Positions 17,972 through 27,648 of a stretch of 64,000 nt of DNA are shown piece by piece. How positions within the stretch are numbered: position 1 is the first letter of the stretch; the number at the start of each line of letters is the position of its first letter. The DNA is from an uncultured Dehalococcoidia bacterium. GTDB lineage: Bacteria > Chloroflexota > Dehalococcoidia > Bin125. The notes beneath the pieces were generated by a model that worked only from the letters and a program-made list of their open reading frames with translations, was not told the DNA's origin and made no database searches. The stretch lies in the NCBI GenBank assembly GCA_958295515.1, contig CATQGW010000001.1:777522-841521 (forward strand), given 5' to 3'. The position numbers and the translations under genes are program-made.

Positions 17972-20900
17972 ATGCGCCTCTGGCGGCGCGTGTTTCGGCC
18001 GACTGCGCTGCTGATTGCGTTGATCGGCGTGCTCGCGCTCGGCGGCGTGGCGCTGCGCTCGGAGGTTGCCGCGCAGACCAACGACGTGACCGTGGAGTTC
18101 ACCCGCGTCGCCCACATGAAGCGAAACCAGATCCATGGCTTCCTCCAAGGCACCACCACGCGTCCGAACGACCTGGCCATCAGCGGGGCAGTCCGAGTGC
18201 ACATCAGGTTCAGCGAGGAGGTCAGCGGCTTCACGCTGGCGAGCCTGACGGCGAGCAACGCGACGCTCTCGAACTTGCACATGCGGCAGACCAACTGGCG
18301 TTGGACGTTCAGCGTGACGCCGACGGCGGACGGCGCGGTCAGCATCAGCATCGCGGCGGGCGCGGTGCAGGCCGCCGCCGACGCGACGCGCGGGAATGCG
18401 TCGGGGCAATTGAGCATGACCGCCGCGCTCGGCGCGCCCAAAGTGATCTGGGCCGACCTCACCACCTCGGGGTCAACCTGGCAACGCCATAGGCAGCGGT
18501 ACAGCGCCGGCACCCGGATTGACCTGACGGTGATCTTCAGCGAGTACGTGACGGTCAGCGGCGTCCCGACGGTCGGTCTGCACACGACCAGCAAGCCGGC
18601 GCCCAAGGCGTACGATGTGCCGTTTGCCGCAAGCGACGGGTCGGTGCTGCTCTTCAGCTACACCGTGCCGGCCGGGCAGAACTGGTCCCGCGGCTGGACC
18701 ACGATCACTTCGTCGGCGATCAGCCTGCCGTCGAGCGCCTCGATCACCGACGCGGATGGCAACGCGGCGACGCTGACCCTGCCGCCGCGGGTGATCGAGG
18801 CCGAGCGGCTCTTGGCCATGCCCGCGCCCGGCGAACGCGGGCCGCAAGGCGTGGTCGGCGACTCCCACGACTGGACGATCACCTTTAGCGAGCCGGTCAC
18901 GGTGACTCAGGCGCCCGGCGCCGAAGCGCCGTGGATCGCGATCAGAGCCACCCTCCAGGACGGCAACTCGGGAACGGTGCGCGCGAACTACCTGGAAGGC
19001 AGCGGCACGGATACGCTCACCTTCCGTTACACGGTGCGCGCCGCCGACAACGTCGCTACCGATGCCAGCTATGGCTTCGACAGCGCACGGTATGTCCGCG
19101 TCCCCGACGGCGCAGGCGTCCGCAACGCGGCGGGGCTTGATGTCAGCGGGCGATTTGCCACTGCCGCCAACGTCGCCATCCAGCGCGAAGGGACGCAGTC
19201 CGTGCGCGGAGCCAGACTCTCGTTCTCGTCGGTCCACGACGTCACCTTCCACCTGACCAGCAGCGATCCGGACCGGCTGACGATCGAACCCAGTTCGCTC
19301 ACGTTCTTGAGCAGAAACACCGACGCCGACCACTGGAGGACCTGGCAGGCCGTCACCTACACGGCGCACAGTGACGATGATGAGGAAACCAACGAAGTCA
19401 CGGTCTCCTACCGCTTCGAGAGCGATTACACGGCCATCGACGGCCTCACCGGCAGGTACCTCCTGTTTCGCATCCAGGAAGCCGCAGTCGGGGCGCCGAC
19501 GGAGGTCCCGAGCGGCACCCGGTCCGAAGGGACGCGGTTCACGATTCCATTCGCGCTGACGGAGCCGTTGGAGCAGGATGTGATCGTCCACCTGAGCAGC
19601 AGCGATCCGGCGCGGATGACGTTCGAGCCCAGCGCGGTCAGGTTCCTGGGTACCAACACCGACCCCGACCACTGGATGATCCCGCAGACCGTGACCGTTA
19701 CGCTGCTCCCCGACAGCGATGGCGAAGACGACGAAGTCATGGTTCTCTACCGCTACGAGAGCGTTGACCCGCCCGTTCACGGCACCGAGGGAACGCTCGC
19801 GACATACACCGCCGCGGACAGCGCCAACGCGGACTACGACGCGGCGAGTCTCCCGGCGGACCTGCGGCTGGAGCTGGGGCTGGTCGAGGATTCCGACCAG
19901 ATTGTTCCGCCCGGGGGCGAGCGGAAGGTTGCGGTGAAGCTGATCTACAGCGGCGGCTACGTACCGCTGCAGGTCTCGGCGGACAGCTGGCTACGGATCA
20001 GCGGCAGCGTGGAGTGGGAGGACCGAGATCGGCGGCGGCTCGGTCTCGCGCGGCAGGAGACTCAGTACCTGGGCAGCGCGCCGCCCTGCCAGAGCAGCAC
20101 GATCGACACAGTCGAGACCTGGAGCTGCGATGTGCTGATCGACGCCGCGCGCTTCGTGGTGCCGCCGGGCACGCCCGACGGAGCATTCACGATCTCCGGC
20201 AACATAGTCGTCAATGGTCGCGACTACCCCGGCGAGCTGGAGGTGACGGTGGGCACGGTCGATGAGGTCGCCTCGGCCGAGCTGGACTTTGCGACCGATA
20301 CCGCTGATGATCGTCCGTATCCCGACGCGATTGCGGTTGGTGAGAGCACGACGCTGCAGTTGGCGGTGCTGAACGAGCACGACAAGGCCTCGCATACCGG
20401 CGAAATCAGCTCGCTCGTGTTCACCACCACGGGCGGGGCATTGAGTCTCGCCCACCCGGTGGGCGAGTGCGTGGGCGGGGGCGGCAGCAGCTGCCAGGTG
20501 CCGGTGGATCTGCTGACGACCGACAACACGGACCAGGTGCGGGTGACGCTCACGCATCCCGGGCTGGAGCAGCTGGGCGCGGGTATCGTGCGTGCGCTCG
20601 TGGTGTCCAAAGACGGCGACACCATCAACGCCGATCCGCTCACGGTGACCTTCCTCGGCCCCGCCGAGTCGATCATGATTGGCGAACCTGCCACGGCAGT
20701 ACTTAACTACGACCCGCCGGAGCGGGACGGCGGCGGCGAAGATGTCCGCGATCTGCTGAAGCTGTCGGTCATCGGGTCCGATGACAGCGGCCGCACGGTG
20801 CCGCTGACGGCGCCGTTCGGCAGAGTGATCGTTAGAGCCCCGGATGGCATGGTTGTCTGGAGCGGCTCGAGCTATGAGGTGCAGAACGGGATGCGGATCG

Positions 20901-21658
20901 ACTGGCCGCTGCGCGAGCGGGACGATGACGGGGCGCTCGTGGACGGCGACTCCAGCAAGAGCGGGATTCAGCCGAAATATATCCGCGATGCGGACGGCAA
21001 CCTCCAGGTGCAAATCGATATTGAGGCGGACGAGGCATCGCAGCTGACGAAGGGTGACTACACGATCGAGCTGCGCGCTATCGGGGAGACGGCCGAGCAG
21101 ACCTTCTCGGTCGGCGGCGCGCCGGCGGAGATTGCGCTGAGCGAACCGGGAGGCTCAACGGAAGACGGCGGGCGGCTGACCGTGACGGCGAGATTGACCG
21201 ACAGGGACGGCAACCCGGTGGGGGACGGGACGCCGGTTCGCTGGCAAGAGGGCAGCGTGGGGTCGCATGTGGTGTTGGTGCAGATCTCTGCTGAGTCGAG
21301 GACCAGCGGCGGCAGCGCGTCGGCGACGTATCTGGTGGTTGGGCGGGGCACCGCTTGGGTGCGGGCGAGCTCAGGCGAGGCGGCGGACACGCGGGTGATG
21401 TTCAACCTCGGAGTGCCGCCGCCGCCGCCTAACCCTGCGGAGCAGCTCAGCAGCCGTCGGCCCGGCGCGTTCGCGGCCTGGCTCGGCAGGGGCGCGACGA
21501 GCGCGTCGGAGCTGTTGGCGGGGCTTGACGGGATCGACTCGATCACCGTTTGGCGCGACGGGGGCTGGCTGCGCTATGAGGTGGTGGACGGTGCAGCGGC
21601 ATCCGGTGGGGTGGACTTTGAGGTGCGGCGGGGCGAGATCGTGCGTCTGGGCGGCTGA
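17972..21658 (+). CDS. giant secreted/surface repeat protein, paralog 2
   Basis: MRLWRRVFRPTALLIALIGVLALGGVALRSEVAAQ signal peptide; colinear with paralog 1 throughout including duplicated ~100 aa domain and C-terminal ...VDFEVRRGEIVRLGG. Confidence 0.75.
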   Translation: MRLWRRVFRPTALLIALIGVLALGGVALRSEVAAQTNDVTVEFTRVAHMKRNQIHGFLQGTTTRPNDLAISGAVRVHIRFSEEVSGFTLASLTASNATLSNLHMRQTNWRWTFSVTPTADGAVSISIAAGAVQAAADATRGNASGQLSMTAALGAPKVIWADLTTSGSTWQRHRQRYSAGTRIDLTVIFSEYVTVSGVPTVGLHTTSKPAPKAYDVPFAASDGSVLLFSYTVPAGQNWSRGWTTITSSAISLPSSASITDADGNAATLTLPPRVIEAERLLAMPAPGERGPQGVVGDSHDWTITFSEPVTVTQAPGAEAPWIAIRATLQDGNSGTVRANYLEGSGTDTLTFRYTVRAADNVATDASYGFDSARYVRVPDGAGVRNAAGLDVSGRFATAANVAIQREGTQSVRGARLSFSSVHDVTFHLTSSDPDRLTIEPSSLTFLSRNTDADHWRTWQAVTYTAHSDDDEETNEVTVSYRFESDYTAIDGLTGRYLLFRIQEAAVGAPTEVPSGTRSEGTRFTIPFALTEPLEQDVIVHLSSSDPARMTFEPSAVRFLGTNTDPDHWMIPQTVTVTLLPDSDGEDDEVMVLYRYESVDPPVHGTEGTLATYTAADSANADYDAASLPADLRLELGLVEDSDQIVPPGGERKVAVKLIYSGGYVPLQVSADSWLRISGSVEWEDRDRRRLGLARQETQYLGSAPPCQSSTIDTVETWSCDVLIDAARFVVPPGTPDGAFTISGNIVVNGRDYPGELEVTVGTVDEVASAELDFATDTADDRPYPDAIAVGESTTLQLAVLNEHDKASHTGEISSLVFTTTGGALSLAHPVGECVGGGGSSCQVPVDLLTTDNTDQVRVTLTHPGLEQLGAGIVRALVVSKDGDTINADPLTVTFLGPAESIMIGEPATAVLNYDPPERDGGGEDVRDLLKLSVIGSDDSGRTVPLTAPFGRVIVRAPDGMVVWSGSSYEVQNGMRIDWPLRERDDDGALVDGDSSKSGIQPKYIRDADGNLQVQIDIEADEASQLTKGDYTIELRAIGETAEQTFSVGGAPAEIALSEPGGSTEDGGRLTVTARLTDRDGNPVGDGTPVRWQEGSVGSHVVLVQISAESRTSGGSASATYLVVGRGTAWVRASSGEAADTRVMFNLGVPPPPPNPAEQLSSRRPGAFAAWLGRGATSASELLAGLDGIDSITVWRDGGWLRYEVVDGAAASGGVDFEVRRGEIVRLGG

Positions 21659-21689
21659 GCGAGAGGCCGGCTACGCCGAGTTCTGAGCC

Positions 21690-21765
21690 GCCTTCCTTTC
21701 GCTGCTTCTACGATGCGCGCGGGATCGCCGAGCAGCTCCGCGAGGCGCTCGCTGCTATTGACTGC
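21690..21765 (+). pseudogene. 3'-end remnant of the small MK(H/W)-family gene (…FYDARGIAEQLREALAAI…)
   Basis: cttctacgatgcgcgcgggatcgccgagcagctccgcgaggcgctcgctgct parallels the 3' end of 17610..17861 (SRYFYDEREIAEQLRKTLAAIRR). Confidence 0.5.
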
Positions 21766-21769
21766 CGCG

Positions 21770-23371
21770 CTAGGGGCGGATGATGCGCTTGGGGCGCTGG
21801 GCGAGGCGCTTGAGCATCGGCTGGGCGGCTTCGATGAAGCGGAAGGCGATGCGGCGCGTTTCGCGCGGGTCGATCAGGTCGATCACGTCGAAGTTGTGGG
21901 CGGCTTTCATCGGCGAGCGCAGGCGCAGGAGGCGGTTTTCGATCATCTCGCGGTGCGCTTCGGGGTTCGGCGCGTTCTCGATCTCGCGCTTGTAGGCGGC
22001 GGCGACGCCGCCTTCGATGGGGATGCCACCCCACTCGCCGGCGGGCCAGCCAAAGCGCATGTTGACGCCGAGCGGCTCGCCCATGCTGTTGGGGGCGTCG
22101 GCGGCGACGCCGTAGGACTTGCGGATGTTGAACTCGACTTTGGGCACTTCGGCCTCGTAGGCGGCGATCAGCGCCCGCGTGCCGCGCCGCATTGTGGCCT
22201 GCTTCTCCGCCTGCGAGCCGAGCATGAAGCCGGGCATATCGAGGAAGATCACCATGGGCAGGTTGAAGCCGTCACAGAGGTCGACGAAGTGGGTGAACTT
22301 GTCGGCGGCGTCGCCGTTCATCGCGCCGGCCATGACCAGCGGATCGCTGGCGACCACGCCGACGCTGTAGCCGCCGATCCGGGCGAAGCCGGTGATGATC
22401 GCGCCGCCCCAGTGGGGGCGCATCTCGAAGAACTCGCCGTTGTCCACGACCAGGCGCACCAGCTTGCGCGGGTCGTAGGCGCGCTTGCGGTTTTCGGGGA
22501 TGATTCGCAGCAGTTCTTCGACGCGGCGGTGCGGGTCGTCGCCGGTCTCAATCCGCTCGGGCACTTCGTTGGTGGTGTTGGGCAGGTAGGAGAGGAACTG
22601 CTTGATCTGGTCGAAGGCGTCCTCTTCGGACTCGGCCTCGTTGTCGACCTGACCGCTCTGGTGGACATGCACGGCGGCGCCGCCCAGCTCCTCCTTGTTG
22701 AAGGTCTCGCCGATGGCGCGGCGCACGACGGGGGGTCCTGAGGGGAAGATCTGGGACTGGCCTTTGATCATGACGGTGAAGTGGGAGAGCAGGGCGAAGG
22801 CGGCGGGCGCGCCGGCGACGGAGCCCATGATCCCTGCGGCGACGGGCACCTTGTTGAGCAGCTGGATGTGGCGCCACCAGGTCTGACCGCCGGGCAGCGC
22901 CATGCGGCCCTCTTCCTCGTCGCGCTTGGCGCTGTGCCCCACGCCCTCGATCAGCTGCACGTAGGGCAGCCCGTACTGCGCTGCGAACGGTGTGGCAAAC
23001 TGCGACGCGCCCTTCGAGACGTTGTGCGGGCTGCCGCCGGAGATCGTGAAGTCGTCGCCGCCGATCACGATGTTGCGCCCGTCGATGGAGCCCATGCCCA
23101 TCACGAACGCGCCGGGGGTGAAATCGCGCAGGTTGCCGTCGCCGTCGTACTCGTAGGCGCCGACCAGCGGTCCGGCTTCGAAGAAGGAGTCGGGGTCGAG
23201 GAATCTGTCGATTCGCTCGCGGATGGTCTGGCGCCCGCCGGCGTGCTGGCGGGCGACCCGATCGGGTCCGCCCATCTCGCGCGCCAGCTCCTTGATGTAG
23301 TTGATCTCGTCCACTGCGCCCTGCCAGTCCTGGCCGGGCTTCCACGATTCGCGCGTCTGGTCCGCAGGCAT
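21770..23371 (-). CDS. acyl-CoA carboxylase carboxyltransferase beta subunit (propionyl-/methylmalonyl-CoA carboxyltransferase family)
   Basis: 533 aa; carboxyltransferase N and C subdomains (..GGAMNGDAADKFTHFVDLCDGFNLPMVIFLDMPGFMLG..). Confidence 0.8.
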   Translation of the reverse strand: MPADQTRESWKPGQDWQGAVDEINYIKELAREMGGPDRVARQHAGGRQTIRERIDRFLDPDSFFEAGPLVGAYEYDGDGNLRDFTPGAFVMGMGSIDGRNIVIGGDDFTISGGSPHNVSKGASQFATPFAAQYGLPYVQLIEGVGHSAKRDEEEGRMALPGGQTWWRHIQLLNKVPVAAGIMGSVAGAPAAFALLSHFTVMIKGQSQIFPSGPPVVRRAIGETFNKEELGGAAVHVHQSGQVDNEAESEEDAFDQIKQFLSYLPNTTNEVPERIETGDDPHRRVEELLRIIPENRKRAYDPRKLVRLVVDNGEFFEMRPHWGGAIITGFARIGGYSVGVVASDPLVMAGAMNGDAADKFTHFVDLCDGFNLPMVIFLDMPGFMLGSQAEKQATMRRGTRALIAAYEAEVPKVEFNIRKSYGVAADAPNSMGEPLGVNMRFGWPAGEWGGIPIEGGVAAAYKREIENAPNPEAHREMIENRLLRLRSPMKAAHNFDVIDLIDPRETRRIAFRFIEAAQPMLKRLAQRPKRIIRP

Positions 23372-23438
23372 CGGCGATCCTCCTCACACAGTGCTTCAGT
23401 TGAAGGTCGCGCTCAGTGTACGAGCAGGGCGCGCGGGG

Positions 23439-24335
23439 TCAGGTGACCGCGATCACAACTCCCAGGATCGTGGCAATGGCGATCATCGCGGCGATTGTGA
23501 TGGACATCACCAGTGTGATTCGGTCGTGGACGCCGACGATTGACTTCTGTATCTCCAGCTGAGACTCCAGCACCGATGTCCGCATTTTGCCCTCGACTTC
23601 GGCCAGAGCGTTCTGCGTCTCAACCCGGGCTCCCTTGAGTTCGGCGCGCATTTCGGCGAGGTCTTTCTGGGTTTCGGTGCGCATTTCGGCGAGGTCTTTC
23701 TGGGTTTCGGCGCGTGCCTCTGCCAGCATCGCCTGCATTTCGGCGCGGTCTTTTTGGATTTCGGCGCGCATTTCGGCGAGGTCTTTCTGGGTTTCGGCGC
23801 GTGCCTCTGCCAGCATCGCCTGCATTTCGGCGCGCATTTCGGCGAAGCCTCTCTGGGTTTCGGCGCGCATTTCGGCGAGGTCTCTCTGGGTTTCGGCGCG
23901 CGCCTCTGCCAGCATCGCCTGCATTTCGGCGAAGTCTCTCTGGGTTTCGGCGCGCGCCTCTGCCAGCATCGCCTGCATTTCGGCGAGGTCTTTCTGGGTT
24001 TCGGCGCGGGTCTCTATCAGCATCGCCTGCATTTCGGCGAGGTCTTTTTGGGTTTCGACGCGGGATTCCCTGAGTTCGGCGCGCATTTCGGCGAGGTCTT
24101 TTTGCGTCTGCGCCTGGGATTCCGCGACCAGGGCGCGCATCTCCGCCACCGCCACGCTGATTCCTGATTCAATCCGCTCCAGCGCCCGGTCCTGGTCTTC
24201 CTGCCGCACGAGATCGTTCTGCGAGGCCTCGACCTGCTCGGCGAGCACATCCACCACCTCCACCGCCGCCGCTTCGTCGGCGAGGCCGCGGCGCACCAGC
24301 ACATCGCGCAGTCTCGGCCTGTCGAGGATCGCCAT
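23439..24335 (-). CDS. coiled-coil tandem-repeat protein with C-terminal transmembrane anchor
   Basis: Repeats of AETQKDLAEMQAMLAEAR over about 200 aa; C-terminal LVMSITIAAMIAIATILGVVIAVT; underlying DNA 23640..24110 is a degenerate tandem repeat. Confidence 0.6.
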   Translation of the reverse strand: MAILDRPRLRDVLVRRGLADEAAAVEVVDVLAEQVEASQNDLVRQEDQDRALERIESGISVAVAEMRALVAESQAQTQKDLAEMRAELRESRVETQKDLAEMQAMLIETRAETQKDLAEMQAMLAEARAETQRDFAEMQAMLAEARAETQRDLAEMRAETQRGFAEMRAEMQAMLAEARAETQKDLAEMRAEIQKDRAEMQAMLAEARAETQKDLAEMRTETQKDLAEMRAELKGARVETQNALAEVEGKMRTSVLESQLEIQKSIVGVHDRITLVMSITIAAMIAIATILGVVIAVT

Positions 24336-24363
24336 GCCTCACCCCCACCGCATCATAGCCCGC

Positions 24364-25947
24364 CTACCACCACTCGACATCGGCCTCGATCTGGAGCAGC
24401 GCCGCCGCGAGATCGTCGGCGGTCGCGGCGTCCCCGGCGACGAGTACCCACGCCGTGCGGAGGTGGTCGACCACGCGGATCGCTCCATGCGGGGTGTCCC
24501 AGCCGATTACCCGCTTGTCGGCTGCGCCCCAGGCTTGGCCGTTGGAGAAGGCGACCAGCCACTCGCGCAGGCCGGCGATGCCCTCGGTGTGCTCGCCGGC
24601 ATCGTCGAATGCCAGCGCCCAGAGTGTGAGCCACTCGTCTTGTCCTCCGCCGTCGCGCTGGAACGCGTACAAGCGGTCGCCGCCCCAGCCCGCCGCCGCC
24701 GCGCTCGCCTCCGCCTGCCTGCCGGTCGAAGCTGAGATCAGCAGTCGCAGATAGTACTCGCCGAGCGTGTCCTGGTACGGCGTTACGAGCGACGGCTCCT
24801 GACCGATCACCCTCCATGCTTCCCGCGGCAGCGCTCTTTCGATCAGCGTGTCGAGTACGGTCATGTCCAACGCCGACTCGCGCGACTCGTACTTGTCGAC
24901 ATGCAACAGCTGTTCCATCGTGTCCGGCGGATCGCGCAATCGGTCGTTCAGTGCATCGGGACCGCCTTCGAGCAACAGCTGTGCGACGAACTCAGCGCTG
25001 TCGCGCTCCGGCGACACAAGCCAGTCGGAAACTTCGCTCGCGAGGTCGGAGTAGCGAGGCAGCCCGTGGCCGTCGTCGCTTGTCTCTGGTTCGAGCTGAT
25101 CGATCGCGCCCTGAATCGCCGTGTGGTCCGGCTGAAGCGTCGCACGGGATGCGTCCGCTTCGCGGAGCCACCACAACGACATCCAGCGATCCATCTCTAC
25201 CCGCCAAGGCAGCCGACGCAACTCGCGCCCATCGAGCAAACCACGTTGCAGATACGACGCGACCTGGTGCGAGAGCGCTTGCGCCAGGTTGGCCGTCGAT
25301 GCCGACGCGACCAGAGTGATCGATCCTTGCATCCCGGGGTGGTACACGTGCCAACTCGACTGATCTGCGGTGCTCAATACATCCAACAGTTCGGGCGTCC
25401 AGTCCGACTCGAGCAATCCCAGCCCCACGTGCCAGAGGTGCCATACCCTCGATCGTGCGGGATCGAACTCGCCACGCCGTGGATACCAGTATCCGCACTG
25501 CGACGCGCGCATCCAATCAAGCGACATCATCTGAATCGCCGGCGTTGCGTCAAGGGGTAACCCTCGCGCCTCAGCGGTCGCATGTATCACCGCTCCGATC
25601 CAGGGATGGGTGCTCTGGTCAATGAGCGTCGGTCCGTCCAACTCCTCCCACCGCCCGCTTGCCGTCGGGGTGCCCCAACGGGCGCCGTTCTGCTCGTAGA
25701 GCCGCAACGATTCAGCGCACCATTCCACCTCGCGCTCAATCCGCCGCTGCAAGTCGGCGTTGTCGCGCGCAACCTCGGCCAGCGGACGCCAGCTGTCCCT
25801 CGGCCAACGCGGCGAGAGCGTTGTGCGCTCAACAGGCGACGGCGACGCCGACGCGGAGTTGGCCGTTGCCGCCGGCTCAACGGTGTCCTGCTGCGCAATC
25901 GCGTCGTCCGAGTCTTGGTCCGGCGGCTGCTCAGCGCCTTGACTCAC
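24364..25947 (-). pseudogene. putative lipoprotein (paralog of 26089..27582 with degenerate HExxH) separated from its signal-peptide exon by a C15 homopolymer; phase-OFF or frameshifted in this assembly
   Basis: Upstream minus-strand segment 25984..26044 encodes MRWIATTICLVLLAMIVAC (lipobox IVAC) then a C15 tract (25969..25983); a tract of 14 or 17 would put it in frame with VSQGAEQPP... body; HELVH of the paralog replaced by LAQALSHQ. Confidence 0.55.
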
Positions 25948-25968
25948 CGCCTGCGCTTGCTGTAACGC

Positions 25969-25983
25969 GGGGGGGGGGGGGGG
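25969..25983 (-). repeat. C15 (plus-strand G15) homopolymeric tract between signal peptide and mature domain of lipoprotein gene
   Basis: 15 consecutive G counted on plus strand. Confidence 0.9.
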
Positions 25984-26088
25984 CTGAGCACGCCACGATC
26001 ATGGCGAGCAACACAAGGCAGATCGTCGTCGCTATCCATCGCATGACCAGATCCTACCATCACTCTTTGAGCTGCGGTGGTTCGCCGC

Positions 26089-27582
26089 CTAGTTCCACCA
26101 GCCGGGCTCCTCGGTGAGCAGTAGTGCGTCCCGGGTGATCTTGTCGGCGGTGCGGCGATCGGTGGAGACGATTAGCCAGGCGGTTTGCGCGCTGTTCACG
26201 ATCCGAATTGCGCCTGCTGCGCCGTTGTAGGCGAGCGCCCGCCCGCTGGAATCCGTAACGGCGGAGCTGTTGGACCAGGCGATCAGCCACTCGCGCAGGC
26301 CGCTCACGCCTTCGCGGTGCTCTTTGGCGTTATCAAACGCGATCAGCCAGATTGCAGTGGTGCTGCGGCGTCCGTTCACGACTGACCAGACCGCCAGTTC
26401 GTCGCCGCCCCAGCCGGCCGCCGCCTCGGCTGCCAGCGCCGGCGTGGACAGCCCGATCAGGTTGGCCAGATACTGTTCGCCCATCGTGGTGGCCGACGGT
26501 TCCTCGCGCGGCTCGAATATTTGCCGCCGCAGTTCGGCCAGGCGCTCCGCGTCGATTGGCGGCTCGCGTGATTCGAGCTTGTCGGGGTGCAGAATCTGTT
26601 CCGACGACTGCGGCGGGTCGGCGAGCAGCGCGTTCACCCGCGCCCAGCCGCCCGCGTTCTGCTGCTCCCGCACATAATCCGCGCCGCTGATGTAGGGGGC
26701 AAAGAACTCCTGGCCAATCAGCGGCGCAATACCCAGCGACAGCCCGTTGCGCTCGGGGAGCCAACCTCCATCCTCTCCCCAGTCATACGTTCGAAGCAGC
26801 GCCAGCACTCCGGCCGAGTAGATCACCGCCTCTACGGTGCTGGCGTCTCCTTCAATGATCCAGGAGATGGCGCTGGCATGGTCGCTGGTTACATCTTCGC
26901 GTAACGCTTCGATTCCGCCCTCCAGGTACTGATCCTGCATTGCATGTACGAGCTCGTGTGTAATCATATAGAACTGATGCGACGCGAGCGGCGTATCGCC
27001 GACGAGTGTGACTGCCTTGGTTTCGGTCGAGTACCAGCCGCCCACGCTGTACGCCCAGAGCGCGTTGAGCACGCTCGGCGTCCAATCCTGGTGGTTAATC
27101 CCCAGCGCGCGCTCGAACAGCCAAAAACCCCCCTCGTTCGCGCCCTGATCTTCGTGCAGCAGCGCGTGGCAGGCGACGATGCGCAGGTCGTCGTGCGAGA
27201 TGATCCGAAACTCCGGCAGCGGGTCGAGCGGCAGCTCGCGCAGCTGCGCGGTTGCCGTCGCCAAATCCGTAATCCAGGCCATCTCCGCGTCGCCCAGCGG
27301 GTCGAAGAAGCGCCGCTGGTCGCGCTCCGACGCATCCTCGCCGAAGATCGAGCCCGGGCCGCCGTCGGGCAGCAGCCCCGCGTTGGCGCGGCACCAAACT
27401 CGCTCGGCAAGCACCAGCTCGTGCTGATCGACCAGATACTCGGCCAGTTCGTCCGCGGTGAACCGGAACCCGAGCGGCCATTCGCCCACGACCGGCTCGT
27501 CGCGCCACTCGACGGGCGCGCCTGAGCAGGCCGTGGCGATCAGCGCCGCGACCGCCAGCGCCACTGTCAACCATGTCCGCAT
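26089..27582 (-). CDS. putative secreted/lipoprotein zinc metallopeptidase (HExxH)
   Basis: GGAGGTGGATAC-ATG start at 27582 (MRTWLTVALAVAALIATACSG signal); HELVHAMQ motif; C-terminus ...EEPGWWN similar to paralog ...EADVEWW. Confidence 0.65.
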   Translation of the reverse strand: MRTWLTVALAVAALIATACSGAPVEWRDEPVVGEWPLGFRFTADELAEYLVDQHELVLAERVWCRANAGLLPDGGPGSIFGEDASERDQRRFFDPLGDAEMAWITDLATATAQLRELPLDPLPEFRIISHDDLRIVACHALLHEDQGANEGGFWLFERALGINHQDWTPSVLNALWAYSVGGWYSTETKAVTLVGDTPLASHQFYMITHELVHAMQDQYLEGGIEALREDVTSDHASAISWIIEGDASTVEAVIYSAGVLALLRTYDWGEDGGWLPERNGLSLGIAPLIGQEFFAPYISGADYVREQQNAGGWARVNALLADPPQSSEQILHPDKLESREPPIDAERLAELRRQIFEPREEPSATTMGEQYLANLIGLSTPALAAEAAAGWGGDELAVWSVVNGRRSTTAIWLIAFDNAKEHREGVSGLREWLIAWSNSSAVTDSSGRALAYNGAAGAIRIVNSAQTAWLIVSTDRRTADKITRDALLLTEEPGWWN

Positions 27583-27648
27583 GTATCCACCTCCGCCTGT
27601 GAGCCTATCGCCAGACACGCTGGAATCGTTGGCGGAGAGGCGGGCCGG

